From positions 11,928-75,927 of the forward strand of contig CAJMST010000009.1 in the NCBI GenBank assembly GCA_905216145.1: DNA of 64,000 bases, given 5' to 3'. This stretch comes from an uncultured bacterium (lineage in GTDB: Bacteria > Actinomycetota > Coriobacteriia > Coriobacteriales > Coriobacteriaceae). This document shows positions 1-11,150 of this stretch, piece after piece (position 1 is the first letter of the stretch; every line of letters starts with the position of its first letter). The notes below the pieces were generated by a model, which worked only from the letters and a program-made list of their open reading frames with translations, made no database searches and had not been told where the DNA came from. A program made the translations under genes and the position numbers.

Positions 1-1204
1 GTGTTAGGCGAATGCGGCCAAAGCGCTCGTTCATCACGACCGGCGCGATTCCGCGGCGCACCCAGACGCGCAGATCTCCATCGGCCGCATGCTCGGTCTC
101 GCCGCCGGAAAGCTCGGGGACAAGCTTGCCCAGGCTGGGGAACAGCAGGCCAAAGCCATGGTTTTGCGCGGTAATCTCCACGCGACGGCTTACCAGGTTC
201 ATGACCGGCTGGTTGCCACCGCGGTGACCGAATTTAAGCTTTTCCATCTGGGCGCCGCAGGCCAGGCTGATCATCTGATGGCCCAGGCAAATGCCAAAGA
301 CCGGCACCTTGCCGATCAGCTGCTGCACCTGCTCGTAGGTCTCCACCACGGCGTCGGGGTCGCCGGGGCCATTGGACAAAAAGACGCCGTCGGGATTCAT
401 GTCGAGCACCTCACTCGCGGGCGTGTCCCACGGCACGACGGTAAGGTCGCAGCCGGCGCGGACCAGCCCCTCCAGAATGCCGCGCTTCACACCGCAGTCG
501 TAGGCGACCACTTTGTGACGGGCAGGAGCGGCAGTCGAAAGCGCAAAGTCATGCGTGGCAGGCAGGTCGACGGCGGCAAACTCGTGAGGCGCGGGGCAAC
601 TTACGGTCTTGACCAGGTTCTCGCCTACCAGCGCGGGCGCTGCGGCCAGACGCTCGGCAAGCTCGTCGACATCGAAGATCTCGGTCGAGATAATGCCCAT
701 CTTGGAGCCGTTGTCGCGCAGGTGGCGCACCAGGGCGCGGGTGTCGACGCCCTCGATAGCGACGATGCCGTGTGCACGCAGGTACTCCGGCACGCTGACG
801 GCCGAGCGCCAGTTAGAAGGCGTGGCGCACATGTCGCGAACGATCATGCCGCGCATAGCCGGAGCGCTCGCAGGGCGCACGGCGTCGCCGGGGAAGGCCG
901 ACTGGACGTCGGTCTCGTCGATACCGTAGTTGCCGATCTGCGGATAGGTCATGGTTACGATTTGGCCGGCATAACTCGGGTCGGTCATGACCTCAAAGTA
1001 GCCCTCGAGCGAGGTGTTGAAGCAGACTTCGCCGGTCGCGGTGCCCTCGGCGCCGCATGCACGTCCATAAAAAATGGTCCCATCCTCAAGATACAGGATG
1101 CAGGGACCGCAGGTGCCCTTGCTGGTTTTGGCCAGCATGCGCTGGCAAAGCTCGCTGGGCGCGAAGGTGCGGGCGGCAGCGCCCGCGGTATGGTTGTTCG
1201 CCAT
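1..1204 (-). CDS. carA: Carbamoyl-phosphate synthase small (glutaminase) subunit; C-terminal end runs off the window
   Basis: Absent from the ORF track because it is open at the window edge. Reverse translation from ATG (1204..1202) gives MANNHTAGAAARTF...CILYLEDGTIFYGRACGAEGTATGEVCFNTSLEGYFEVMTDPSYAGQIVTMTYPQIGNYGI..., then GVFLSNGPGDP...PVFGICLGHQ...KFGHRGGNQPV (class-I amidotransferase Cys/His motifs). AAGGAG lies 4 nt upstream of the ATG. Confidence 0.9.
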   Translation of the reverse strand, partial: MANNHTAGAAARTFAPSELCQRMLAKTSKGTCGPCILYLEDGTIFYGRACGAEGTATGEVCFNTSLEGYFEVMTDPSYAGQIVTMTYPQIGNYGIDETDVQSAFPGDAVRPASAPAMRGMIVRDMCATPSNWRSAVSVPEYLRAHGIVAIEGVDTRALVRHLRDNGSKMGIISTEIFDVDELAERLAAAPALVGENLVKTVSCPAPHEFAAVDLPATHDFALSTAAPARHKVVAYDCGVKRGILEGLVRAGCDLTVVPWDTPASEVLDMNPDGVFLSNGPGDPDAVVETYEQVQQLIGKVPVFGICLGHQMISLACGAQMEKLKFGHRGGNQPVMNLVSRRVEITAQNHGFGLLFPSLGKLVPELSGGETEHAADGDLRVWVRRGIAPVVMNERFGRIRLT

Positions 1205-1341
1205 AATTCTCCTTCCCGGTCTCACAGGACCGGCTTAAAGGTGTGTAGTTAGGCCTCGCGGTATTGTAACCGCAAGCATGCCTCATGGCGTTAATTTCAT
1301 CGAAATGTTTACGAAATGATAATTATGACTTTCTATGCATA

Positions 1342-1448
1342 ATGATTTTTCTGGGACGGGGATTAAAAAATCATTCTGAGAGCAGAGCTTTGTCGCCAAC
1401 TGCATACATGACAGAATGATTTTTTAATCCCCGTCCCAGAAAAATCAT
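1342..1448. repeat. Perfect 37-bp inverted repeat (arms 1342..1378 and 1412..1448, 33-nt loop)
   Basis: ATGATTTTTCTGGGACGGGGATTAAAAAATCATTCTG and its exact reverse complement, read directly from the sequence. Located between the stop of the 1486..2451 gene and the carA leader. Confidence 0.9.
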
Positions 1449-1485
1449 CCCGCGAGGCTTGTGGCTCACGCGGGATGATGACGTC

Positions 1486-2451
1486 TTACTTTCTCTTGTC
1501 CTGCTCCAGCAGTTCGGACGGTGTGCGATCGGGCTTGCCGCCGCGGAAAATCTCGCGGCCATGCAGACGATGTTCCAGGTCACGCTCGGCCTTTTCCTCG
1601 TCAATCTTGGTCTGGCTCACCACCGGGTCCTCAATCAACGACGACACCGAGTTCACCTGCTTCTGAATGCGCTCGGCGATGGTGTCATCCATACTCACGA
1701 TGCGCATCTTCCAGTCGATACTCGTGGCGTTGGATGAGCTCTTGGTCCACACGAACGTCAAAATGGCGCTCTGGTGGCCCCGCGCGGGGAACATGCCAAA
1801 GAAGGAATCGTGCTGAATGTTGCTATCCTCGTCGATATAGGCGTGAACGTTATACACCACGCGGTCGATCTTGTCGTTGAGCAGCGCGTTGGTCGCAAGC
1901 GCCGCGGCCTGGATCTGCCCGTTGGACAGCAGCTCGAGCTCGTTGGCAGACGATGTGTCCAACACCGTCACCTCGACCGTGCCCGTACGCTCATCGGCTT
2001 CATCGACGGTAAAGTCGAGCGGGAACTGCGTAAAGCCGTTGCCCCACTCGAGTCCACCCTTGAGTGCTGTAGAAACGGTATCAACCGAAACGCTCTCGGA
2101 CAGGTTGGCGGTATTCAGACGGCGCATCACGCCGTAGCCGATCTGCATGCCCACGATCAGCACCAAAATACCGATGACCACGGCCATCGCGGTCTTCGTA
2201 ATGGTATGGCTCACCTGCGAGCCCGAAGGATCGTCCTCGGACAGCGGGTCGATATGTTTTGCCTGGCTCGCGCGGTCCTCGCTGCGCAGCTGTGCTAGCG
2301 CCGCTTTGTCACCGCGCTTGGCCGCAGCCTCCTTCTCACGCATGCGCTCGGTACGCTTTTTGGCGAGCGTGGGATCCAAGACGCCGGATGCATCGATTTC
2401 GGAGAATAACTCCGTCACTTCTTCCGGAGTCAAAGGGTTCTTGTCAGCCAT
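1486..2451 (-). CDS. Hypothetical single-pass membrane protein
   Basis: 321-aa ORF with a charged N-terminus, one clear TM helix (AMAVVIGILVLIVGMQIGYGV) and a ~200-aa extracytoplasmic domain. No motif recognised. Same strand as its neighbours. Confidence 0.6.
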   Translation of the reverse strand: MADKNPLTPEEVTELFSEIDASGVLDPTLAKKRTERMREKEAAAKRGDKAALAQLRSEDRASQAKHIDPLSEDDPSGSQVSHTITKTAMAVVIGILVLIVGMQIGYGVMRRLNTANLSESVSVDTVSTALKGGLEWGNGFTQFPLDFTVDEADERTGTVEVTVLDTSSANELELLSNGQIQAAALATNALLNDKIDRVVYNVHAYIDEDSNIQHDSFFGMFPARGHQSAILTFVWTKSSSNATSIDWKMRIVSMDDTIAERIQKQVNSVSSLIEDPVVSQTKIDEEKAERDLEHRLHGREIFRGGKPDRTPSELLEQDKRK

Positions 2452-2470
2452 AAACTTCCTGTCATATCAA

Positions 2471-4243
2471 TCAGTCGAGCTCGTGCGCACGCGCACCTTC
2501 GAACTGCATTCGATAGTAACGGGCATAGGTGCCGCCACGGGCGAGAAGCTCCTCGTGCGTGCCACGCTCCACAACGCGACCATGCTCAACGGTCGCAATC
2601 TCATCGGCATGCTTAATGGTCGAAAGACGGTGGGCGATAATAATCGTGGTGCGGCCGCGTGCCAGCTCTTCGAGTGACTCCTGCACCGCCTCCTCGCTCT
2701 CGTTATCCAAAGCACTCGTCGCCTCGTCCAAAATCAGGATCTTGGGGTTCTTGAGAAACACGCGCGCGATGGCAACGCGCTGCTTCTGTCCGCCCGAAAG
2801 ACGGCTGCCGCGCTCGCCCACCACGGTGTCGTAGCCCTGCGGAAGCGACTCGATAAAGGCATCGATGTTGGCGCGACGGGCGGCCTCGGCGATCTCTTCT
2901 GCCGTGGCGCCCGGCTTGCCGTAGGCGATGTTCTCGCCAATCGTACCGTCAAATAGATAGACATCCTGCTGCACCAGGCCGATGGCGCGGCGCAGGCTCT
3001 GCTGCGTCACATCGCGCACGTCCTGGCCGTCGATGCTAATGGATCCGGCAGCCACGTCATAAAAGCGCGGCAGCAGCGAACAGGTCGTGGACTTGCCACC
3101 GCCCGAAGGGCCAACCAGCGCGATGGTCTGCCCGGGCTTGATGGACAGATTCATATGGTCGATAACGGGACGCTCGTCGGCATAGCCCTCGCCCAGCTCG
3201 ACATCCTCGTAGTTAAAGCACACGTCGTGATACTCCACGGCGCCGGCAGTCACCTGCAGATCCGTAGCGCCCGGCTTGTCCTGGATATCCGGCGCGGTCG
3301 AGAGCACCTCGTCCATACGTTTAAAGCCGGCGATAGCCTTCTGATACGTTTCGGCCGAATTGACGAGCGTCTCGAGCGGCGTGCAGAACAGCGAAATATA
3401 GAGTGCAAAGGTCGCCATATCGACCGCCTGCAGCTGTCCCTGGGCGACCAGCCAGCCGCCCAGCAGCACCACGATCACATAGAGCACACCCGAGAGCAGG
3501 CCATACGTCGCGGTATAGACGCCCATGGCGTGATACATGTTCTCCTTGGACGAAAGGTAGCGATCGTTAGAGGCACGGAACTTGGCGCGCTCGGTCTCCT
3601 CGTTGGCAAAGCTCTTGACTACGCGCATGCCCGCAAGCGAATCCTGCAGCTGCGCATTGATGCCGCTGATCTTTTTGCGGTTGTCGCTAAAAACCTCGCG
3701 CATACGCATGTTCTGCCAAAACATGATGACCGCAAACGCCGCCGTCACCACGGCCATGGCGAGCGCCAGCACCGGGGCAATGGTAAAGAGGATCACAAAC
3801 GAGCCGATGATCTCGATGCCGCAGATGATGATCCACTCGGGCACGTGGTGCGCCGCCTCGCAGATATCGAACAGGTCGTTGACCACGCGGCTCATCATGT
3901 CGCCCGAGCTGTTGCGGTCGAAGTATGCAAAGCTAAAGCGCTCATACTGGTCAAACAGGTCCTCGCGCATTTTGGACTCCATACGCGCGCCCATCACGTG
4001 ACCCCAATAGCTCACAAAATAGCGGCAGGCGCAGCGGACGGCATACATCAGCACCAAGCCCACCGCGATCATGCCGAGCGCCTGCATAATAGCAGCCTGA
4101 CCCTGAGTAAACAGCCCACCGGTCAAATTGCGCAGGATAATGGGGAACGCCAGGTCAATGGCGGCAAGCACCAGAGCACAAACAGTATCAGCAACAAAAA
4201 GCCCCATCTGGGGCTCGTAATACGAAAGAAACCTCTTAAACAT
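2471..4243 (-). CDS. ABC transporter, fused permease/ATP-binding protein (MsbA/MdlB-type exporter)
   Basis: N-terminal ~6-TM domain. Walker A GPSGGGKST, ABC signature LSGGQKQR, Walker B ILILDEATSALD, H-loop IAHRLST. Confidence 0.9.
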   Translation of the reverse strand: MFKRFLSYYEPQMGLFVADTVCALVLAAIDLAFPIILRNLTGGLFTQGQAAIMQALGMIAVGLVLMYAVRCACRYFVSYWGHVMGARMESKMREDLFDQYERFSFAYFDRNSSGDMMSRVVNDLFDICEAAHHVPEWIIICGIEIIGSFVILFTIAPVLALAMAVVTAAFAVIMFWQNMRMREVFSDNRKKISGINAQLQDSLAGMRVVKSFANEETERAKFRASNDRYLSSKENMYHAMGVYTATYGLLSGVLYVIVVLLGGWLVAQGQLQAVDMATFALYISLFCTPLETLVNSAETYQKAIAGFKRMDEVLSTAPDIQDKPGATDLQVTAGAVEYHDVCFNYEDVELGEGYADERPVIDHMNLSIKPGQTIALVGPSGGGKSTTCSLLPRFYDVAAGSISIDGQDVRDVTQQSLRRAIGLVQQDVYLFDGTIGENIAYGKPGATAEEIAEAARRANIDAFIESLPQGYDTVVGERGSRLSGGQKQRVAIARVFLKNPKILILDEATSALDNESEEAVQESLEELARGRTTIIIAHRLSTIKHADEIATVEHGRVVERGTHEELLARGGTYARYYRMQFEGARAHELD

Positions 4244-4325
4244 GTGATCCTCAAAGAAATATCAGCAACATAAGGCCCTGGGACAAAGTAATCAGTAGTT
4301 CTTGTCCCAGGGCTATTCCCGCTCG

Positions 4326-5030
4326 TTACAGCTCGGCCCCACCCAAGCGGTGCGCGATGCTATCGCAGGCCAAGGCGCCCACGACGGTCTTGGCGTCTTC
4401 GATCTTGCCGTCGAGCACGGCGTCGATCAGCTCGTGCAGCGGCACCAGGTCCACGTTGACAAACTCGTCATCATCGGGGTTGGGCGCATCAAACTCGAGC
4501 TTGGTGGCCAAGTAGATGTGGATGATCTCATCGCAAAAACCGCAGGACGTGACAATCGACGTCAAAAAGCGAATACGACCAGCCCTAAAGCCCGTCTCCT
4601 CGTGCAGTTCGCGCTTGGCGCAATCGAGCGGGTCCTCGCCTGGATCGAGCTTGCCGGCGGGAATCTCGACCGTCACGCGGTCGATGGCGGTGCGGTACTG
4701 ACGCACCAGTACGATCTTGCCGCTCTCGGTCAGTGCCACAACGGCCGCCGCACCCGGATGGCGAACGATATCGCGGGCGCTGCGGTGACCGTTGGGCAGC
4801 TCAACCTCAAGACGGTGGACGTCAAGGATCTTGCCCTTCCAGGCGCACTCCTCCGAAAGAATCTTCTCGTGCAGCTCGGCATCGTGCGGGTCGTCGTCGC
4901 CCAGCACCAGTGCCGGCTCGTCAGCGACCTCGCCACCAGGCTCGCCCTCGGCGTGCCCATACATGCGGCTGTCCTCTTCGACGATCTGCGCGTCCATGAG
5001 CTCTTCGTTCTTCTCGTCCATCCGTCTCAT
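4326..5030 (-). CDS. NUDIX hydrolase (ADP-ribose pyrophosphatase-like)
   Basis: Nudix box GKLDPGEDPLDCAKRELHEETGF. The start may be the second ATG at 5021, which has better spacing to GAGAGGA. Confidence 0.85.
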   Translation of the reverse strand: MRRMDEKNEELMDAQIVEEDSRMYGHAEGEPGGEVADEPALVLGDDDPHDAELHEKILSEECAWKGKILDVHRLEVELPNGHRSARDIVRHPGAAAVVALTESGKIVLVRQYRTAIDRVTVEIPAGKLDPGEDPLDCAKRELHEETGFRAGRIRFLTSIVTSCGFCDEIIHIYLATKLEFDAPNPDDDEFVNVDLVPLHELIDAVLDGKIEDAKTVVGALACDSIAHRLGGAEL

Positions 5031-5042
5031 TCCTCTCGGATT

Positions 5043-6347
5043 TTAGGCATCCCAGGCGTCGCGGCCGCGCAGCGCGCGCAGGCCGATGTCGTGACGCAGG
5101 GTCTTGCCCTCAAAATCAATCTTCTCGCAGGCCTCGTAGGCAAGGTTGCGAGCGTTCTCGAACGTGTCGCCCAGAGCGGTCACGGCAAGCACGCGGCCAC
5201 CATTGGTCACGAGCTGGCCGTCCACCACGGCAGTGCCCGCGTGGTACACGGTCACGTTCTCCATGGCCTCGGCATCGGCGATACCGGTGATGACCTTGCC
5301 CTTCTCGTAGCTGCCGGGATAACCCGCGCTCGTCAGGACAATGGCCACGGCCCACTCGTCACGCCAGTCGAGCTCAATCTGATCGAGCTCGCAGTTGGCA
5401 CAAGCCAGCATGACCTCGACCAGGTCATTCTTAAGGCGCGGCAGCACGACCTGCGTCTCGGGGTCGCCAAAGCGGGCATTGAACTCCAGTACCTTGGGAC
5501 CGGCAGGCGTGAGCATAAAGCCGCCGTACAGGCAGCCGCGGTAGTCGATACCCTCGGCAGCAAGCTCGGCCACGGTCTGCTCCATGACCTTCACCATGGT
5601 GGCGTGCTCCTCGTCGGTCACGATGGGCACCGGGCTGTAGACGCCCATGCCGCCGGTGTTGGGGCCCTTGTCGCCCTCGAGCGCGCGCTTGTGGTCCTGC
5701 GAGGTGGCCATGGGGCGCACGGTCTTGCCGTCGGTAAAGGCCAACAGCGAGCACTCGGGGCCGGTCAGCATCTCCTCGATGACCACGGTATTGCCGGCAT
5801 CGCCAAAGGTGCCGCCAAAGCACTCGCGCACGGCCTCCTCGGCCTGCTCAAGTTCGGTCGCCACGATAACGCCCTTGCCCGCGGCAAGGCCGTCGGCCTT
5901 CACGACCAGCGGGGCGCCCTGCTCGCGCACGTAGGCGAGAGCCGAAGCCTCGTCGGTAAACGAACCATAGGCTGCCGTCGGAATGCCCGCACGTTCCATG
6001 AGCTGCTTGGAGAACAGCTTGGAGCCCTCCATCTGGGCGCCCTCGGCACCCGGGCCAAAGCAGGGAATACCCGCCGCGCGCACGGCGTCGGCCACGCCCG
6101 CCACGAGCGGAGCCTCGGGGCCAATTACCACGAGTCCGCATCCGTGGCTCTGCGCAAACGCCGCCACGGCCGCAGGATCGCAATCGTCGAGAACCACGTT
6201 CTCGCCGCAGCTCGCGGTGCCGCCGTTACCCGGCGCGATGTAGAGCTTGCCGGCGCGCGGTGATGCTGCGAGCTTGGCTGCCAAAGCATGCTCGCGGCCG
6301 CCGCTGCCCAACAACAGGATGTCGATGGTTTGAGTGTCCGCCTTCAA
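5043..6347 (-). CDS. purD: Phosphoribosylamine-glycine ligase
   Basis: [19 protein letters not shown]-terminal motif followed by an ATP-grasp body. The track ORF extends to 6515 and would overlap purA. An in-frame TTG at 6347..6345 is preceded by GGAGG at 5-nt spacing and gives a canonical PurD N-terminus ([17 protein letters not shown]). Confidence 0.88.
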   Translation of the reverse strand: MKADTQTIDILLLGSGGREHALAAKLAASPRAGKLYIAPGNGGTASCGENVVLDDCDPAAVAAFAQSHGCGLVVIGPEAPLVAGVADAVRAAGIPCFGPGAEGAQMEGSKLFSKQLMERAGIPTAAYGSFTDEASALAYVREQGAPLVVKADGLAAGKGVIVATELEQAEEAVRECFGGTFGDAGNTVVIEEMLTGPECSLLAFTDGKTVRPMATSQDHKRALEGDKGPNTGGMGVYSPVPIVTDEEHATMVKVMEQTVAELAAEGIDYRGCLYGGFMLTPAGPKVLEFNARFGDPETQVVLPRLKNDLVEVMLACANCELDQIELDWRDEWAVAIVLTSAGYPGSYEKGKVITGIADAEAMENVTVYHAGTAVVDGQLVTNGGRVLAVTALGDTFENARNLAYEACEKIDFEGKTLRHDIGLRALRGRDAWDA

Positions 6348-6465
6348 GGGTGCCTCCTCTATGGATGAATGGCCCGCTCCACGCGAGCCCTTTGCAAGCA
6401 AATATACCCCTCGGCCGCCCGTCCGGGCTGCAAAGGGGTATATCGCAATAACCAAATAGTCCCGA

Positions 6466-7761
<1,296 letters not shown>

Positions 7762-7845
7762 TTACATTCATGGACTGTCTACGCGCCACGCCGGCACGCA
7801 GAAGCACAAAACATTCCCAGTATACCCGTGCAACGGGCGCCTGTC

Positions 7846-9249
7846 CTACTCCTCGGCATGTGCCCCATCAAGCTCATAGAACTTGGTGGATGCCGGCAGG
7901 AACATCAGATCGACGTCGCCGATCGGGCCCGAACGGTTCTTGGCCACGACGATACGCGTAACGCCCTCGTCGGGTCGATCGTCGCGCGAGGCCTCGGCCT
8001 CGTCGGCGGAGCGGTCCAAGAACATAACGATATCGGCGTCCTGCTCGATGGAGCCCGATTCACGAAGGTCGGAAAGCTGCGGGCGCTTGCCGGTACGGGA
8101 TTCGACCTGACGCGAGAGCTGCGACAGCGCGATGAGCGGGATCTTGAGCTCCTTGGCCATGATCTTCAGACCACGCGACATCTCCGAAACCTCGACGGTA
8201 CGGCTCTCGGAGCGGCGTCCCGGCGGAGGACTCACCAGCTGCAGGTAGTCCAGGATGATGATTGCCTTCTCCTTGTTATGGAGCATGCGGCGGCTCTTGG
8301 CGCGAATCTCGGTCACTGTGGTGCCGGGCGTATCGTCAATCAGAATATCGAGCTTGGACAAGGTCTGCGTGGCCTCGTTGATATTGGCCCACTGCTCGGG
8401 GCTAATGCGGCCCATGCGGAAGTCACTGATCGAGATCATGGCGTAGGCGCAAATCAGACGCTGGGCAATTTCTTTGCCCGACATCTCCAGCGAGAAGAAG
8501 CCGACGGTATAACCGGCAGCGGCAGCGTTGAGCGCCAGATTCAGGGCGAACGACGTCTTACCCACAGCAGGGCGGGCGCCGATAATGATGAGCTGGCCCT
8601 CGCGGAAGCCCATGAGCATGCGGTCGAGTGACGGGAAGCCCGTGGGCACGCCCGCAGCCTGACCACCGGCCTGACACACTTCCTCGGCCTCGTTATAGGC
8701 CTCAACCATAAACTCGGTCAGCGTCTTGTAGCTCGACTTGACCTCGCGTGCCGTGACCTTGAGCAGCTTGCTCTCGGCTAGCTCCACGACCTCCTTGGTG
8801 TCGGTGGGGGCGTTATATGCCAGCGCGTTGATCTCGTTGGTGGCGCCGATCAGCTCGCGCAGCATCGAATCGCGACGAACGATGGCGGCATGGTGCTGCC
8901 AGTTCACGAGCGACAGAGTCTGACCCATCAGCTCCAAAATGTAGGCCTCGCCGCCCACGGCATCGAGCTTGTTGATGCTTCGCAGGTAATCGATCAGCGA
9001 GATGGAGTCGATGGGAATGCGGCTGTTGTACATATCGACCATCGCGGTGTAGATGGTCTTATGAATGGGCCGGTAGAAATCATCGGGCTGCAGCTCGACC
9101 TGGGCCTCTTCGACCACCTCGGGCGATAGCAGCATAGCGGCCAGTACATTGGCCTCTGCATCTTGGTTTTGGGGAAGACCCAACTTTGAGCCGCGGTCCT
9201 CGACCGTCAGCCCCGTCTCCCTATCGTCATATGCCATGAGCATCCTCAT
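7846..9249 (-). CDS. dnaB: Replicative DNA helicase
   Basis: DnaB N-terminal domain (PQNQDAEANVLAAMLLSP), Walker A GARPAVGKTSFALNLA, RecA-like C-terminal domain. Sits directly downstream of rplI, as in many Gram-positives. Confidence 0.93.
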   Translation of the reverse strand: MRMLMAYDDRETGLTVEDRGSKLGLPQNQDAEANVLAAMLLSPEVVEEAQVELQPDDFYRPIHKTIYTAMVDMYNSRIPIDSISLIDYLRSINKLDAVGGEAYILELMGQTLSLVNWQHHAAIVRRDSMLRELIGATNEINALAYNAPTDTKEVVELAESKLLKVTAREVKSSYKTLTEFMVEAYNEAEEVCQAGGQAAGVPTGFPSLDRMLMGFREGQLIIIGARPAVGKTSFALNLALNAAAAGYTVGFFSLEMSGKEIAQRLICAYAMISISDFRMGRISPEQWANINEATQTLSKLDILIDDTPGTTVTEIRAKSRRMLHNKEKAIIILDYLQLVSPPPGRRSESRTVEVSEMSRGLKIMAKELKIPLIALSQLSRQVESRTGKRPQLSDLRESGSIEQDADIVMFLDRSADEAEASRDDRPDEGVTRIVVAKNRSGPIGDVDLMFLPASTKFYELDGAHAEE

Positions 9250-9387
9250 TCATATCGCTTGCGAGCATCCATAGTATCAGCCACGGTCCCAAAACGCGCC
9301 GCGCGCCGCCAATCATCACCGAACCAAACGGATGAACGGTCCTGTATATAGGACTTCGACGCAACGTTCACCATGACACTCACTCAG

Positions 9388-9428
9388 CGCAAAAAACAAA
9401 AGGGCGCCCTGGTTTCCCAGAGCGCCCT
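9388..9428 (-). terminator. Intrinsic terminator after rplI
   Basis: 12-bp stem (AGGGCGCTCTGG / CCAGGGCGCCCT, one mismatch), 4-nt loop, followed on the minus strand by TTTGTTTTTT. Confidence 0.75.
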
Positions 9429-9461
9429 TCTTAGAACAAGATTGTTGCGTTGCAGCAAATG

Positions 9462-10001
9462 CTACTCGGCAGCAGCCTCAGTCTCGACCTCGGCGGTCTC
9501 GGCCTCGGCGACCTCAGCGGCCTCCTCGACCTCAGCCTCGGCAGCGAGCTCCTCGGCGGTAACGCCGACGAGAACGACAACCTCGGCCTTGATCTCGCGG
9601 TACAGCGAGATGGCAACGGTGTGGGCACCGGCAACCTTGATGGGCTTACCGAGCTCGACGCGCTTGCGGTCGATGTCCATACCGAGCTGAGCCTTGATGG
9701 CGTCAGCGACCATAGCGGCGGTAACGGAGCCAAAGAGGATGCCCTCGTCGCCGACCTTGACGTCAACGGTGACCGTCTTGCCCTCGAAGGCAGCCTTGGT
9801 CTCGTTGGCGGTAGCCAGACGGACGGCCTCGCGCTTGGCGATGTTGTTGCGACGCTCGTCAAGCTGCTTGAGGTTGCCCTTGGTGGCGGCAACAGCGAGC
9901 TTCTTGGGGAACAGGAAGTTCTCAGCGTAACCCTGAGCGACCTCTACGACGTCACCCTCGCCGCCCTTGCCCTTGATCTCATCGAGAAGAATAACCTTCA
10001 T
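9462..10001 (-). CDS. rplI: 50S ribosomal protein L9 with an acidic Ala/Glu-rich C-terminal tail
   Basis: MKVILLDEIKGKGGEGDVVEVAQGYAENFLFPKKLA. About 30 extra C-terminal residues (AEELAAEAEVEEAAEVAEAETAEVETEAAAE). Confidence 0.9.
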   Translation of the reverse strand: MKVILLDEIKGKGGEGDVVEVAQGYAENFLFPKKLAVAATKGNLKQLDERRNNIAKREAVRLATANETKAAFEGKTVTVDVKVGDEGILFGSVTAAMVADAIKAQLGMDIDRKRVELGKPIKVAGAHTVAISLYREIKAEVVVLVGVTAEELAAEAEVEEAAEVAEAETAEVETEAAAE

Positions 10002-10016
10002 GATGCGTCTCCCTTC

Positions 10017-10283
10017 TTAGCCGCGGTCGCGGTTGCCACGAGAGGAAACCACGGGGACGGTGTACGGCAGGAGAGCCATCTCGCGGGCGCGCTTGATGGC
10101 GTTGGCGATGTCATGCTGATGCTGCGTGCAAGCGCCAGTGACGCGACGGGGCTTGATCTTGCCACGGTCGGTCATGTACTTACGGAGAAGCTGAGTGTCC
10201 TTATAGTCGATGAACTCAGTGTTCTCCTTGCAGAACTGGCAGTACTTACGACGCGGCTGACGTGCAGAAAAATCATTAGCCAT
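10017..10283 (-). CDS. rpsR: 30S ribosomal protein S18
   Basis: [50 protein letters not shown]. Start set to the internal ATG at 10283 rather than the longest ORF (10334). Confidence 0.9.
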   Translation of the reverse strand: MANDFSARQPRRKYCQFCKENTEFIDYKDTQLLRKYMTDRGKIKPRRVTGACTQHQHDIANAIKRAREMALLPYTVPVVSSRGNRDRG

Positions 10284-10355
10284 GTCAAAATACCTTTCAT
10301 TTGGCAACTTCGGCGAACCGAAGCCGCCTCTCACTCAAAAATAGGTGAACAACCC

Positions 10356-10808
10356 TTAGAACGGGATGTCCTCATCGTAGACGTCGACCGCGGGCGGCGT
10401 AGCCACCGGCGCGGCAGGACGTGCTGCGGGCGCGGGAGCTGCGGGGGCGTAACCGCCCTGATCGTAGCCACCCTGGCCACCACGGGAGCTCATAAACTCG
10501 ATCTCATCGACGATGACCTCAAGCTTGCTCCGGCGCTGGCCGTCGCGCTCCCAAGAGCTGTAGCGCAGCTTGCCCTCGATCGCGACCTTGTTTCCCTTTG
10601 CCAGGAAACGGCTCACGGCCTCGGCGCGGGTGCCGAACATGGTGCAGTCGACAAAGTTGGGATAGTCCTCCCACTCGCCAGTCTGCGCGTTGCGGCGACG
10701 ATCGTTCACGGCAACGCCAAAGGACAGAACCTGGGTTCCGCCGGCGGTGGCGCGCAGCTCGGGATCGCGGGTGAGGTTACCGGTGATGTTCACTCGATTG
10801 ATGCTCAT
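10356..10808 (-). CDS. ssb: Single-stranded DNA-binding protein
   Basis: OB-fold N-terminus (MSINRVNITGNLTRDPELR), Gly/Pro/Ala-rich linker and a canonical acidic tip ending DEDIPF. Confidence 0.92.
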   Translation of the reverse strand: MSINRVNITGNLTRDPELRATAGGTQVLSFGVAVNDRRRNAQTGEWEDYPNFVDCTMFGTRAEAVSRFLAKGNKVAIEGKLRYSSWERDGQRRSKLEVIVDEIEFMSSRGGQGGYDQGGYAPAAPAPAARPAAPVATPPAVDVYDEDIPF

Positions 10809-10856
10809 AACTCACTACTTCCTCTTGGGGCACAAGCCCAGTCCAAAACGACAGTC

Positions 10857-11150
10857 TTACTCCTGGTCGTCGCGACGGACGATCATGTGGCGGACCACAG
10901 CGTCGGTGATGCGCAGGACGCGATCAAGCTCGGCGATCTGGGTAGGATCTGCGTGGAAGTTGATGAGGGTGTAGTCACCATCGGTGAGGTCGTTGATCTC
11001 GTAGGCGAGCTTGCGCTTGCCCCACTCGTCAACGGAGTCGACCTTGCCAGCGCCCTCAGCGATCGTGGTATCGATACGCTTCATAACAGCGAGACGAGTC
11101 TCGGGGTCGAGCGACGGGTCAACAAAGAACAGCAGTTCATAAGCCTTCAT
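10857..11150 (-). CDS. rpsF: 30S ribosomal protein S6
   Basis: MKAYELLFFVDPSLDPE... Start at the ATG at 11150, with GGAGGTG 5 nt upstream. The longest ORF begins at 11171. Confidence 0.9.
   Translation of the reverse strand: MKAYELLFFVDPSLDPETRLAVMKRIDTTIAEGAGKVDSVDEWGKRKLAYEINDLTDGDYTLINFHADPTQIAELDRVLRITDAVVRHMIVRRDDQE

Noticed and set aside
89-1252. 387-aa plus-strand ORF
   Set aside because: Antisense shadow of carA. It is Ala/Gly/Val/Arg/His-rich with no motifs, whereas the minus strand gives a textbook CarA sequence.
4302-6263. 653-aa plus-strand ORF
   Set aside because: It spans the antisense of both the NUDIX gene and purD. This is a typical long stop-free antisense frame in high-GC DNA.
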